From Octopus vulgaris (Eukaryota), in contig OX597819.1 of NCBI GenBank assembly GCA_951406725.2, positions 108,376,001-108,440,000 of the forward strand: a stretch of 64,000 bases of DNA, given 5' to 3'. The notes beneath the pieces are model-generated. The model saw only the letters and a program-made list of their open reading frames with translations. It did not search any database and was not told the DNA's origin. The stretch's first letter is position 1, and each line of letters begins with the position of its first letter. Of the stretch, positions 24,895-37,093 are shown piece by piece. The position numbers and the translations under genes were made by a program.

Positions 24895-24921
24895 TAAACT
24901 TGCTTGAGTTTATGGGGTTAC

Positions 24922-25680
24922 TGAGGACTGGCAAGCCAGAGGCTGTACCAGGTTCCAATCTGATCTGGCAAAGTTTCTACAGCTGGATGTCCTTCCTAAC
25001 ACCAACCACTCCATGAGTGTATTAGGTGCTATTTATGTGCTGCCAGCATGGTGGCCAGTCAGGCAATACTGGCATCCACCACATGCCTTTTGCGTGCCAC
25101 TGGCACAAGAGCCAGTCAGGCAGCACTGGCAATGGCAACACTTGAATAGTGCTTTTTACGTGCCACCAGCATTGGAGCCAGTCAGGCAGCACTGGCATTG
25201 GCCATGACAATGATATTACTTGACTCAACAGGTCTTCTCAAGCACAGTTTATTGCCCAATGATTGAAGGGTACTCTTAAATGGGCCAGTTATGCGACACT
25301 GACATAGGTCATAGTTATGGTCTAACTTGGCTTGCCTGGTCTTCTCAAGCACAGCATATCTCCAAAGGTCTCAGTCGCTCATCATTGCCTCTATAAGGTC
25401 CAATGTTTGAAGGTCGTGCTTCACCACCTCATCCCAGCTCTTTCTGGGCCTACTTCTTCCACAGGTTCCCTCGACTGCTAGGGTGTGACACTTTTTCACA
25501 CGGCTGTCCTCATCCATACGCAACACATGACCATACCAGCACAACTGTCCCTCTTGCACACTACATCTGATGCTTCTTATGTCCAACTTTTCAGTCAAGG
25601 TGCTTACACTCTGTCATGTATGCACACCGACATTACACATCCAGTGGAGTATACTAGCTTCGTTTCTTGCAAGCTTACGT
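24922..25680 (-). mobile_element. 5'-truncated RTE LINE, same family as 13758-16960
   Basis: ORF 25371-25598 (WYGHVLRMDEDSRVKKC..GRSRPRKSWDEVVKHDL) plus a 3' UTR with tandem hairpin units. Confidence 0.88.
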
Positions 25681-25957
25681 ATATATATTGTTAACTTGTA
25701 TGCAACTTGTATTACACACACAACATACAAAACACATACTGACAACTACAGTAAGATCTCTGATATATGGAGTAGTGAAATGAAAGATTTTGATCAAACT
25801 GTGATTATCCAAGCCGTTATTAAGCTAAAACTCCCTTGAGAGGTGTTTAAATTCTAAGAATAGCAAATAAGGGTGTTAACTCCAATAAGATGATTTGACC
25901 GAAATTTTTGGACAAATAATTGATTTGATACCTGATTATTACCTGTTTATGCTTGTG

Positions 25958-26012
<55 letters not shown>

Positions 26013-26532
26013 CGTGTGCACGTGTGTGTGTGTACAGATAGTGGGAGAGACAGACAGAGAGGAATGGAATGCAGTGACACTAAACATTTATATCACCAAT
26101 ACTTTTGGCTTTCATTGTTCTCTCTCTTTACTTACTGTAGCCTTCTGTCCCCTCTTTTACCCTTTTCCAATGAGCAGTAGTGCACCTGATCCCTGTATAA
26201 AATAAGCTCATTATCATTATTTTGGAATACCTCAGAGAGCATTCTTCATACTAAGGGTCTTGCATATCTGGTAAAATGAGATGAAAAACTTCAGCTAATG
26301 ATCATTATTCATTCTCACCATTTAATGTCCGTCTTCCATGCTAGCATGAGTTGGACAGTATAACAGGATTTAGCAAGCTGGAGGACTGCATCAAGCTCAA
26401 CAATAAGCAAACAAAAAGCACCCTCTCGGGATGTTTAGATTATTAAAACAAGTGAAGGAAGATATCTGTAAAAATCAGCCATTTGAAATTTTTGAAAAAT
26501 GTTTTCATACTGAAATAATTCACATCAAACAT

Positions 26533-26591
<59 letters not shown>

Positions 26592-27989
26592 CTCTCTCTC
26601 TTTTAGATATGCTCATGTACAAACACATAAATGCTCACATACATTCATACATGTTCATGTACATACATATACATACATACATACATATATACATCCATCC
26701 ATCCATCCATATATACATACATATATACATATATACATACATACTTACATACACACGTAAACATATACACACACACACAAACACACGTCATACACACATC
26801 CTCATTGGTGTACACCCATACTTATGCTTACACACACACATATATATACACACATGTATATACTTATATACTGACATACTGACATACATATACAGTTAAT
26901 AGATGCTGATGGTGTTGATGATGGAGACGGCGGTCATGGTGGTTTCTGTTTATAAATAGAAATAGAAACAGAGCCTGGTATATACCACACATTCACCACC
27001 ACCCACACTTCTCAGAGCCCTTTCCTCCCCTTACGTCATTTGTGAGTAAGCTCTTTTACACCCTCACTTGTATACTCTCCTTTTCTCTCACACACATTCA
27101 CAGACTTTCTCACTACTTCTTTGCCTCTCTCTCCCCCCTCTCTCTCATTTTCATTCCCTTGAGGACTGTATTTCAAGAGACACTGCTCTCAATGAAGAAC
27201 ACATGTGTGAAATACTCCCTATTCCTAATTTCATCACATGGATTAGCACTCCTGTTTCCTCTTCCACCACCACCACCACTACCACAATTGTCACTATCAG
27301 CAACTCTGCAAACACCATCACACTGTCACCAACACAACTAAACCACTATAGATAAAATCAACATCATTCTGTTGTTATTGTTGTTGCCTTAACAGAAGTT
27401 CCACGCTGCAATTTCAGTTGAAACAGTAGAATGGCTTCAACTGGTACTAACCAAAGTTGTGAAATTTCTGGGTTGGACTTAGCTATAAGAACTGTGTCTT
27501 GGGCTAATTTGGTAACAAAGTAATTTGTATTCTATCCAGTTTATGGTTCCATGTCAAAAATGCTGCTTCATTAGAACCAACACCAACATCATCTTCAACA
27601 CCCTCACAGAACTATGTTAACCACCTCAATCGTGGTTGCTATTAACACCACTACTGTCAACACCATCAGAACCACCACCATACCACCATTACCACCAACA
27701 CCAACACCAACACTACACCTTATTACCATTTCCCACCACTACCATCATATGCTGGTGAATGTGTGATAAGAGTGGAATTTCTGACAGTCACTCCACAAAA
27801 GTGTGAGTTACATCCTGGCATTTTATTTTTCTAATAAATTATGTCTGCTTGCCTGTCGGTCTGTCAGTCTGTATGTCTGTCTGTATGTATGTCTGTCTGT
27901 CTGTATGTATGTATGCATGCATGTTTGTTACTGGAACACACTCATGGGAGAGGAGGGTTCAAGTTGTGGTAATATTACTGAGGTGGGGA

Positions 27990-28205
27990 GGGTGGTGAGC
28001 TGGCAGAAGTGATAGCATGCTAGGCAAGATGCCTAGCAGCACTTCATCTGTTTAGGTTCTGAGTTCAAATTCCACCAAGGTTGACTTTATCTTTCATCCT
28101 TTCAGGGTCAGTGAAATAAGTACCAGTTAAACACCAGGGTTGATGTAATCGACTTACCCTTTCTCCAACAAACTTGCTAGCCTTGTACCAAAATCTGAAA
28201 CCAAT
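27990..28205 (+). mobile_element. SINE family B copy
   Basis: ggtgagctggcagaa..gagttcaaattccaccaaggttgacttt..ctttcatcctttcagggtc..aagtaccag. Confidence 0.8.
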
Positions 28206-28789
28206 ATTACTGAGGTGGGGGTTGGGGGTGAAAGTGATATTATAACTGTAAAGTCAACATTATAGTAGAGACGGTTGATGTACTTGTGTTAGGAGTGGTG
28301 ATGGTGATGGTTAAGAAGATAGTAGGTGTGCTGGGATGCAAACAAGATACCTACAGAAAGCAAGACACAGGGACACAAAATATGAAGCATTCATTTAGTC
28401 TCTCCCCTGCTAGAAATAGCATCCAATGCACCCTCAAATCATACCTAACTTAGGGATGCAAGTTAAGAAACTCTTTATTATATTGCTATATAATCAGAAC
28501 CACCATATCCTATAACAGTCAATGTGTTGTGTTTCCTTAGACAAGACACTCTACTTACCTCAGTCTACTTAGCTATATAAAAGGTTTCACCACTTCCTGC
28601 TAGAGCCATTGTGCTGTGTTCCCTTAAACATGACATTCTATTTACCATAATCTACTTTGCTGTATAATAGATGTAACCAAGCTTTTACATAGTTGCTTGA
28701 CCTGCAATAAATAGCTGCTAAATCTCAAAGACTACCCTGCCATCTTTAAAATAGTTTATATACAGGAAAACATAATACTGAATATAATA

Positions 28790-28945
28790 TGATTGGCATT
28801 AGGAAGGGCATCCAGCCATAGAAACACTGCCAGATCTGACTGGGCCTGACGAAGCCTTCCAGCTTCACAGACCCCAGTTGAACCGTCCAACCCATGCTAG
28901 CATGGAAAGCGGACGCTAAATGATGATGATGATGATGATGATGAC
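28790..28945 (+). mobile_element. RTE 3' tail fragment
   Basis: ttggcattaggaagggcatccagcc..ccaacccatgctagcatggaaagcggacgctaaa(tga)n. Confidence 0.8.
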
Positions 28946-29039
28946 AAGAAGATAGGATGGTTATTGGTAGAATGGTAGTTAAAGGATAAATGCCCAAAAT
29001 GCCGAAAAATTTCTCTCAATACATAAGTTTGCCATCTGA

Positions 29040-31130
29040 AAATAACAGATATAAATTCAGACAACAATAGCCCTAAACTCCTACAAAAGTATGTTTTTAT
29101 AAGTCCTTAAATTACATAGAGCAAAACATACAAAAATGTGACCACTTACAAACAATTCAGAAAAATACAAGAATAACAATACTGACAAAAACCACATTAA
29201 AATCAGATATGCAATTATCTCTCTACATAAGGCCAAAATTCTGTACAGGAAACACTTAAACAAAAATAAACTTCATAAACCTGACATAAAAAAATCTAAC
29301 ACTTGTCCAATAAAACACTAATGGTATTAAAATCACTTTTATGGAACTAAACATTTATCATTATCCTTAATATTTGTGAATGTGAATTCAGGAAATATAT
29401 TACTAGTGAAAGACAAAACAATCACCATTCCAAATTATGCTGAAATTTGACTTGACAGGCAATTTCACAATGGTGGCAAGTCTTATAATATTCATAAAAC
29501 CTTGTATTCAGAATATAGATATCACAAATGACATTCACAAACTGATCAAGAACAATACTACAATACAATATTTAAAACAAAAACTAGCAACACACACATG
29601 ATAAATATATAAATACCACCGCCATCTTCATCAACTGGCCTACAAGTCTACATACACTGCAACTAATACATCTTAACATTCTAACAAACATTACCATCAA
29701 AGAGACTTTGATTCTCACAACTCTTTCTGACATTCAAATACTTTAAACAACAAGAGGGATAACATATGACAACTTAATTCCTTTTATATCTTAAACAATC
29801 AAAGCCAACATGTACACACACTCACACACAGACATACACACACATGCACATGTGCACATGCACATGCTCCCATCTCACATACCTCACCAAGCCAAGTTGT
29901 CAACTCTTTCCAGACATCACCTTCTGTTCCCTACACCTAGCAACCACAGTTACTTAGCGAACAATTCCCCGTCTTTCCTCAAGCCACCTATGAATTATCA
30001 TCACAACACCTCACAAACCAATGATAAACCATAAATGCTTTTACAAACTTAACTAAAGCACAACAAATAGAAACAAGGTTTTCAAAATTCAACAACACCA
30101 CAATTTCCAACATAGACTCTGCAAATAATTATAAATACACAAAGAAAGGAAAAAACACATCCCATATGGTAACATAAAAATTCCAACCCCAGTTACCAAC
30201 TAAGAATAGTAACCTCATAAAACCTAAGACTAGAGATAGTCTCAAATGCAGTACACCAAAACCATAAACAACTGAAATATAATTCACTATCAAACAATTA
30301 AACAAGAGCAATATAAATAAATAAACCACAGGAAAATAGAAAACTGGCATTCATTCACATCCAACATAAATCACAAAACTAACTATAAAATACTCTGTAA
30401 AGTAATTAGTATCATCTACAACAACAAAATGGTTACACCACACCCCATGTCCCCATAGCACTCTCAAATAATATACCATTTACTCACACTGCAACACGAA
30501 GTAAATGCTGTTATCAGATGCTTCTTGAAAATTTGCCACCAAAAAAATACATATAAAGGAAACAGAAATACAAAAGGAAAAATATGCACTTTCCATCTAG
30601 ATCACAAGCTTCCATCAGACACCCAAAATGAAAGAAAGAATCTAAAGGCTTAAAATCACAAACATACACCTGAAGCATCTAAGGCCGAAAGGATTCATGG
30701 CAATCAACATCTACAACTACTTGCACCAATTCCCTAGATCTAGAAGCAAAACAAAAAATTATAACAATTATTTTAAAGCCTAACAAAAATCCTTGAGAAG
30801 TAACATTGTATGGACCCATTACTTTGCTGTATATGCCTTCAGAATAGCTAATTCTTGGTATCATTAACTCACATGCTCACCTTTCTGAGTTGCAACACAA
30901 ATTCAAGCTACTACACAGAACCACCATGCTACGCATAGGAATCTAACAAAAAATTCATGATGATTTCAATATTAAGAACTTCCCATATCTACCATTCTAA
31001 CTACTTCTGACATCAGCATGGCTTTCAACACCTGGCTGCACAGCAATAAAATAGCATCTACAAAATCCACTGTCTTTCTAATTACTGACAACACCAAATA
31101 GTGGTTGAGCAACTATTTAGAACAAGAGGC
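29040..31130 (+). mobile_element. Old I-group (Ingi/Nimb-like) LINE relic: APE plus start of RT
   Basis: Strong A/C strand bias; remnants IPNYAEI*LDRQFHNGG, IPPPSS, DFDSHNS, IILKPNKNP..YGPITLL, QHKFK and DISMAFNT appear in the expected order. Confidence 0.6.
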
Positions 31131-31499
31131 AGAGTTATTTTTAGGTATTACTTAAAAATCTATTCTACTAATATGAAGTTACTCCCAGACTTCAAAACAA
31201 AAACATTGATTGCTCTTAAATTGTTTTTTTACAAAAAAATTATATCGACAGTTATTATGAAGAAATGAAAGTCAGCAAGAATTAATATGGATCAATTTTT
31301 AATTTCACAAGAATTAAAACAGATCAGTTTTCTAGTACACAAGGGTTATTGTGGGTTTATTTTTAAGTCCACAAGCTTTAGTGTGGAGAAGAAAAATAAA
31401 AAAAGCCAAACATGCAACCATATAAATAGGACAGAAACAAAATTAGTATAAAATAATTAAAGAACTGAAGAATTTCATTCAAAAACAACTTCACTTTAG

Positions 31500-32200
31500 G
31501 TTCTGGTAAAAATAATGCTGTTTTATTCTTTTATATAGCATCAAAATTAGAGCTTTTCATATCAGACTGACTTAGATGATGTCTCAAGACTCGACTGGTT
31601 TCTGCGCTTTGTCTTCAAGTCCCTAATTGATAAAAACCTTTCTCCACAATGTTGGAGTTATGCAAAAAGCATTTGCCTTGTTGAAGGTATCAGTTCTATG
31701 ATATTTTCACTCATCAGTTCTATGATATTTTTACTCAGTCACAACACTTGTAACAAACCTACACAGTTTGTTGAAAATAGTTATTAGCATGTACAGTTTC
31801 ATTAAACTGTTTAGCAACTTCTTTGCTGTTCTTGATTTTAAAAAATCGCTTATTCACCCAACTTTTGCATACACTGGGCCCTATTACATGGTTTTTTTTC
31901 TGGTCACTCAGTGTTTCATAGCTTATAATGTTAACTTGTCACAAATTTCTATGATTCTACGGCTGCGTTTCTAGTGGAGAAACTGGTTTCTGGTTGTCTC
32001 AACCTCTGTTGTGTCACTGGTTTTATAGCTGATATTGCTGAAAAGTGGCCTCAATGCTGTGCAACACTTTATTCACTCAAAACAAATTTACACACAGGAA
32101 CTTCTTGGTCTCAGAACACTTGTATGAACTTACTGAATTTAGGAAGTTGTCTTACTCAGTCACAAGTTGACTTCCACCATGTATGTATGTATACACACAC
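31500..32200 (-). mobile_element. Possible hAT transposase remnant (dimerisation motif)
   Basis: Minus 31670-31565 reads HNSNIVEKGF / DLKTKRRNQSSLET with one frameshift, resembling HSNA.VER.FS...KTK.RN.L..ET. Confidence 0.35.
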
Positions 32201-32763
32201 ACAGAAAGTGATTATCATAACCATGGATAATGTTATTAACTGGTTATCAAAATTATTTGAAATAAAAGGAAAATGAACTGCTTATTAACCTCAACAGACT
32301 AGATATCATTATATCCTTTGTTTAATTTTATCAACCAGTTATTGTTTATAAAATTAACCAATTATCATTATTGAAAAGGCTTTGTCTAAAAGTAGCCACA
32401 AAAAATTCTATCAACTATGAAATGAGAAAAATGCTACATATTTCAAAACTTTGAAATTCTTGTTTTATTTATTGCATTAAACAAGGCAGGGGTTACTTAC
32501 TTTGAATTTATTATTTCAGTTGTTTGAAAAAAATCTGATGAATTTCTGCTTTTAGGTTTCCATCATTCCTAGTATTAATTAACTGATATAATAAGCTATT
32601 GTGTTCAGTGCTCAGATGCACTACACGTCAGAAAAAGAATAAAAGAGGGGACACAAAGCAGTAATATCTCAAGCAAAGAAAAATAACAATTAAAGCCAAA
32701 AGTGCATGCACTCTACATTGAATAAAACACAAAAAGACAGAAAAATGATTTATTAAAGGAATC

Positions 32764-33120
32764 ATGAAGAGGAAAGGGTGCATAGGCATTGAAGCCTATT
32801 ATGTACAAACTAGCATTTGTGATATGTGGAAGGAAATATGGTACTGTGAGGCCCAGTTTATAGCTGAGAGTGATGCCAGGATCGACTCAGCAATCACCCT
32901 GCAGTCCAAAGAACTGGCTCTTCTGCCAACATACCTTGGCAAAAGAACAACAAAAATAGTGATAGAAGGATTTGCATTGGAAATTAAACCAACATGGCTC
33001 TTGGCAGCCATCTTTGTCAAAAAAAAAAAAGGAGGTGACACTTTGGGAGTTTGAGGTGAAAAAGTATCCAGAATTGGTGTAGCAAGAGTAGTGTTGGTAA
33101 ATTTTGGGAAGCATGGGATT
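32764..33120 (+). pseudogene. Possible Tx1/L1-group ORF1 fragment
   Basis: EAQFIAESDARIDSAITLQSKELALLPTYLGKRTTKIVIEGFALEIKPTWLLAAIF resembles the RRM-like segment of L1/Tx1 ORF1; no splice context. Confidence 0.35.
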
Positions 33121-33529
33121 TTTTAAGGATACAGTATCCTGACGGCTAACAATCAGTGCAAGTAGTTTATTCCATGCTTTGACAATTCTGAGTAGGAAAA
33201 AAATGTTTTTGAGTCATGGCTTTTGTACTGTTTTTTTTCCCCAAAATTTTTTGTTCTTGTATTATGAAGAAACGATGTTTTATATAAGTTTTCATGGGAA
33301 AAGTGCTTACTTTGTTAAAATATCACCTTTGCAATGAATTAAGAGAATAAGAACGTTACTGTTCAAAGATATCTGTCAAGTATCATAAATTAACACTCAC
33401 GTTTACTTGCAGGAGAGATTTACAAGATGTGTGTCCTTGTGTGTAGCTTTGTCTAGACAACAGGTGATTTTTGTGTAAAAGCATCACTATCATACAAGTG
33501 ATATTCATTTCCAGTCTTCTATGAAAAAA

Positions 33530-33800
33530 ATGGAGTACCTGACATCAGGTACTCTATCCTCCAAAATTTCAATGCATCCTCAAATTTACCAACATTGCTC
33601 ATGCATGCCGATGCACCCTTTCATCTTTATAGATATTTTTTACTGTTCATTTTCTGTCTTTTTGTGTTTTATTCTGTGTACGATGCTTATATATTTGACT
33701 ATAATTACTATCTTACTTTACTTGGCTTATTGATGCTTTCTGTTGTGTTGTGCACCTGAACATTATACACAATAAACTCATCATTACTACTACTACTACT
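33530..33800 (+). mobile_element. Diverged CR1 3' end
   Basis: tgttgtgcacctgaacattatacacaataa.. similar to the 57600-57790 tail. Confidence 0.55.
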
Positions 33801-34314
33801 ACAGACAAAATGCTTAGCAGCATTTTGTCCATGTTTATGTTCTGAGTTCAGATTCTGGCAAGGTTGACTTTGCCTTTCATCCTTTTGGGGTTGATATAAT
33901 AAATACCATTCATGTACTGAGGTCAGTAAAATCGACTAGCCTCCTTCCCAAAAATTTCAGGCCTTGTGTTTATAACAGAAAGAAGAAGAAGAAGAAGAAG
34001 AAGAATCGTTATTGTCATTTAACTTCCTGGGTCTCTTGATTTCACTTGCTCTGGTTAATTCTTTGAGAGCCAACAACAACCATTATTATTGTTAGCACGC
34101 CAGGTGAAATACTTATTGATATTTTTTTTGTCCATTTTCACATTCTGAGTTCAAATTCCACCAAGTACCACTTTACCTTTCATCTTTTTGGGGTCAGTAA
34201 AATAAGTACTAATTAAATATTGGGAGTTGATATAATCAACTAGCTCCCTCCCCCAAATTTCTGGCCTTGTGCTTATAGTAGAAAGGATTATTATTATTAT
34301 CATTATTATTATCA

Positions 34315-34382
<68 letters not shown>

Positions 34383-35044
34383 AGAAAAACATTTACATAA
34401 TTTTTTCGATATAACATATACATTTTCATCATCAACCACCTATTCATCATCGCCATCATTATTTCTTCATCTATTTTCCACGGTGCATGGGTTGGATGGA
34501 TTATCACAGTCCAAGTTAATTCATATTTGGAGTTACTGCTCTCCTAAACAAGAAGATCATGTCTTGCTCATAGCTTTAAAAATATTATGGACGATTCAAA
34601 ATGTTAAAAGGAAAAGAAAAAGAAATCCTATCTTTGTTTATAGTCCGGAAAGGTATAATATTGTTACTATAATATTTATGTTTTTTTTATGTATTCATTA
34701 TTTTATACGTGATGTATAACATTCTGTAGATTTAGTAGTTTCAGAGGTTCAAATAGAAAAAATTATTACTCTCTAAAATGTTCACACTTCACTTGACATA
34801 AAACTGCGTATAAAATATAGTTTGTTTTTTGATTTTGATTTTTAGTGTTTGTTTTCATGATAATGAACTTGCGTAGAAATCTAGAGAAAAATCATAAGCT
34901 TTCAAGCAATAAGATATTAACTGGTAAAATTCTGAAAATGTAGAATAGCACCAAATTTATGTTAACAAAGCAAACATTTTTAAAATATACGAAAATATTA
35001 GCATATGATGTTAAAGCAATAAAAGTATCCTTTCACTTCATAAT

Positions 35045-35705
35045 TATCTATCCATCCGTCTTCTGTCAACTATTCCTGAGAGGGTCATTAGAGCAGAGTC
35101 TTCAGTCTCCTCCATAAAGTCCTATCAGAAGCAACAGTCATTACAGTTTATGGCCAGATTTCCAAGCAACTGAGACTATGGATCAGCTTGACCTGGAGAG
35201 ACACTTTGACCTCTAGGTTATGTACCTTGTTGAATGATGTTACTCCAGGGATCCTTTGGAGGAACCACCATTTCAGCTGCTTGTATTTGTGATCATACTC
35301 TAATCAGTCATTACCCATCACACATGACTAAAGATGAGAATAGGCACATCAACTAAATTGAAGATACAAGTTTGGCTTTTTTACCAACATCTCCTCATCC
35401 GCGGTACTATGCCAGTACCTGCAATTCTAGATTCCAATTTATCCTTCTGCTTCCAATCACTCATGAATGCAGCCCCAAAACACTTAAACTTCTCCACTTA
35501 TCTCAGTGATGTTCCACTAACATGCAGAGTTCACCAGGAAGACTTTCTTAAGAGGACCATTGTTTCAGTTTTCAAAACATTAATTCTCATCCCTGGCTTA
35601 CAGCATTTGGCTGTGAACCCATTCAATGCATGCTGGATATCACTTTCTGATCAGTCAAGTAGCACCATGTCATCTGCAGATATCAGCCAACTGATCCTAT
35701 ATCCA
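35045..35705 (-). mobile_element. RTE (Rex3/Expander-like) RT 3' fragment
   Basis: LISADDMVLLD*SESDIQHALNGFTAKCCKPGMRINVLKTETMVLLRK..VEKFKCFG. Confidence 0.7.
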
Positions 35706-35714
35706 CCAATTTTA

Positions 35715-36604
35715 TAATTAAATATGCATAATTGAGCCACTACATTATCCAACCACCAATATGAATTTTGCCTCATTTGGAGCAATTTACCTTTGTTTCC
35801 CAATGAATTGAAGAATTGACTGCTATTTCTTCCAAACCAATAAACCAATAAAAGGCCCCGCATTGACTCTTTTAAAGTTATTATTTAACATCAGATCAGC
35901 ATTGAAAGAGTGCACCTATGATCAAAGCAATCCAAGTATGCTCATCCCATCATTATTTTGGGTGGGGGGTTTCCAGGTGAAAGTTTTAGAAGTACATTAT
36001 CTAGTATGTCGTTTTCATTTTTTTTTTAAGATAATAGATACAATTTGAAGGAGATTTGGCTATTCTTTTGGCATGTTATCCTAATTATATATGCATAATT
36101 GTGCGACTACATTATCCAACCACCAAATATGAATTTTGCCTCATTTGTAGAAATTTACCTTTGTTTCTCTATCATTGATAAAGAAGCTTCCTTTTGGGAT
36201 AGAGAACCAATATGTGTGTGTGTGTGTGTGTTGCTTGGGCATGGCATTTAACCCCAAGTCAGCTTTCATCAAGCTGACATTTTTCCTGTGTATATTACAC
36301 CTTTTCTAAGCTGGTAAGGTATGAATTGTTGAAAATTTGACTGCTATTTCATCCAAAACCAATAAATCACATAAAATGTCCCTCATTGACTCTTTTAAAG
36401 TTGTTATTTAACATCAGATCAGCATTGAAAGAGCACACCTATGATCAAAGACAATCCAACTATGATCATCCCATCATCATTTTTTTTTGCTTTTTCAGGT
36501 GAAATTTTTAGAAGTACATTGTCCAGTATGTTGTTTCCTTTTTCTTTAAAGATAATAGATACAATTTGAAGGAGATTTGGCTACTTTTATAGCATGTTAT
36601 CCTA
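35715..36604. repeat. Local tandem duplication, two units, first one internally deleted
   Basis: 35722-35800 matches 36090-36168, and 35817-36083 matches 36338-36604. Confidence 0.8.
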
Positions 36605-36873
36605 TAAAATAATAATATATAGTTTATATTTGTATGTGTGTATCTGTGTGTGTATGAATGCACATATACATACATACATACATACATAATTACATACACA
36701 CACACACACACCACTCATACATGCACACACACATTATCCTGACACCTTTGTACTTCGAGAACTTAATATGGTAGATGAAAGAACTTAGAAATTACTGTGT
36801 TGCTTGAAATTTCAACATCAATGGAAATGTAGGCATTATATTTCCAACACAATGAGGGCAGCTGTGGCCTTAA

Positions 36874-37093
36874 CCCTTTTGTTACTGCATTTATTTTGAG
36901 ATGCTCTGTGTTTCTTTCAATTACTTTAAATATAACAAAGAATTTAGTAAAATAACTTAGTTATCATTAATCTAATGTTACGAACATAAATTGTGACTAA
37001 AGTTTGGTGGAAGATTTTAATTCAAAACTTTTGAAACAAGACATTTGTATTACAGAGCCAGAGGTGGTTTCCAGCAGGTTGGTATCGAAAGGG
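36874..37093. mobile_element. piggyBac-type MITE (220 bp)
   Basis: TTAA|CCCTTTTGTTAC ... GTATCGAAAGGG|TTAA. Confidence 0.85.

Noticed and set aside
25025-25210. CRISPR-like repeat array
   Set aside because: The units are whole tandem repeats without unique spacers, inside a eukaryotic LINE 3' UTR, and there are no cas genes.
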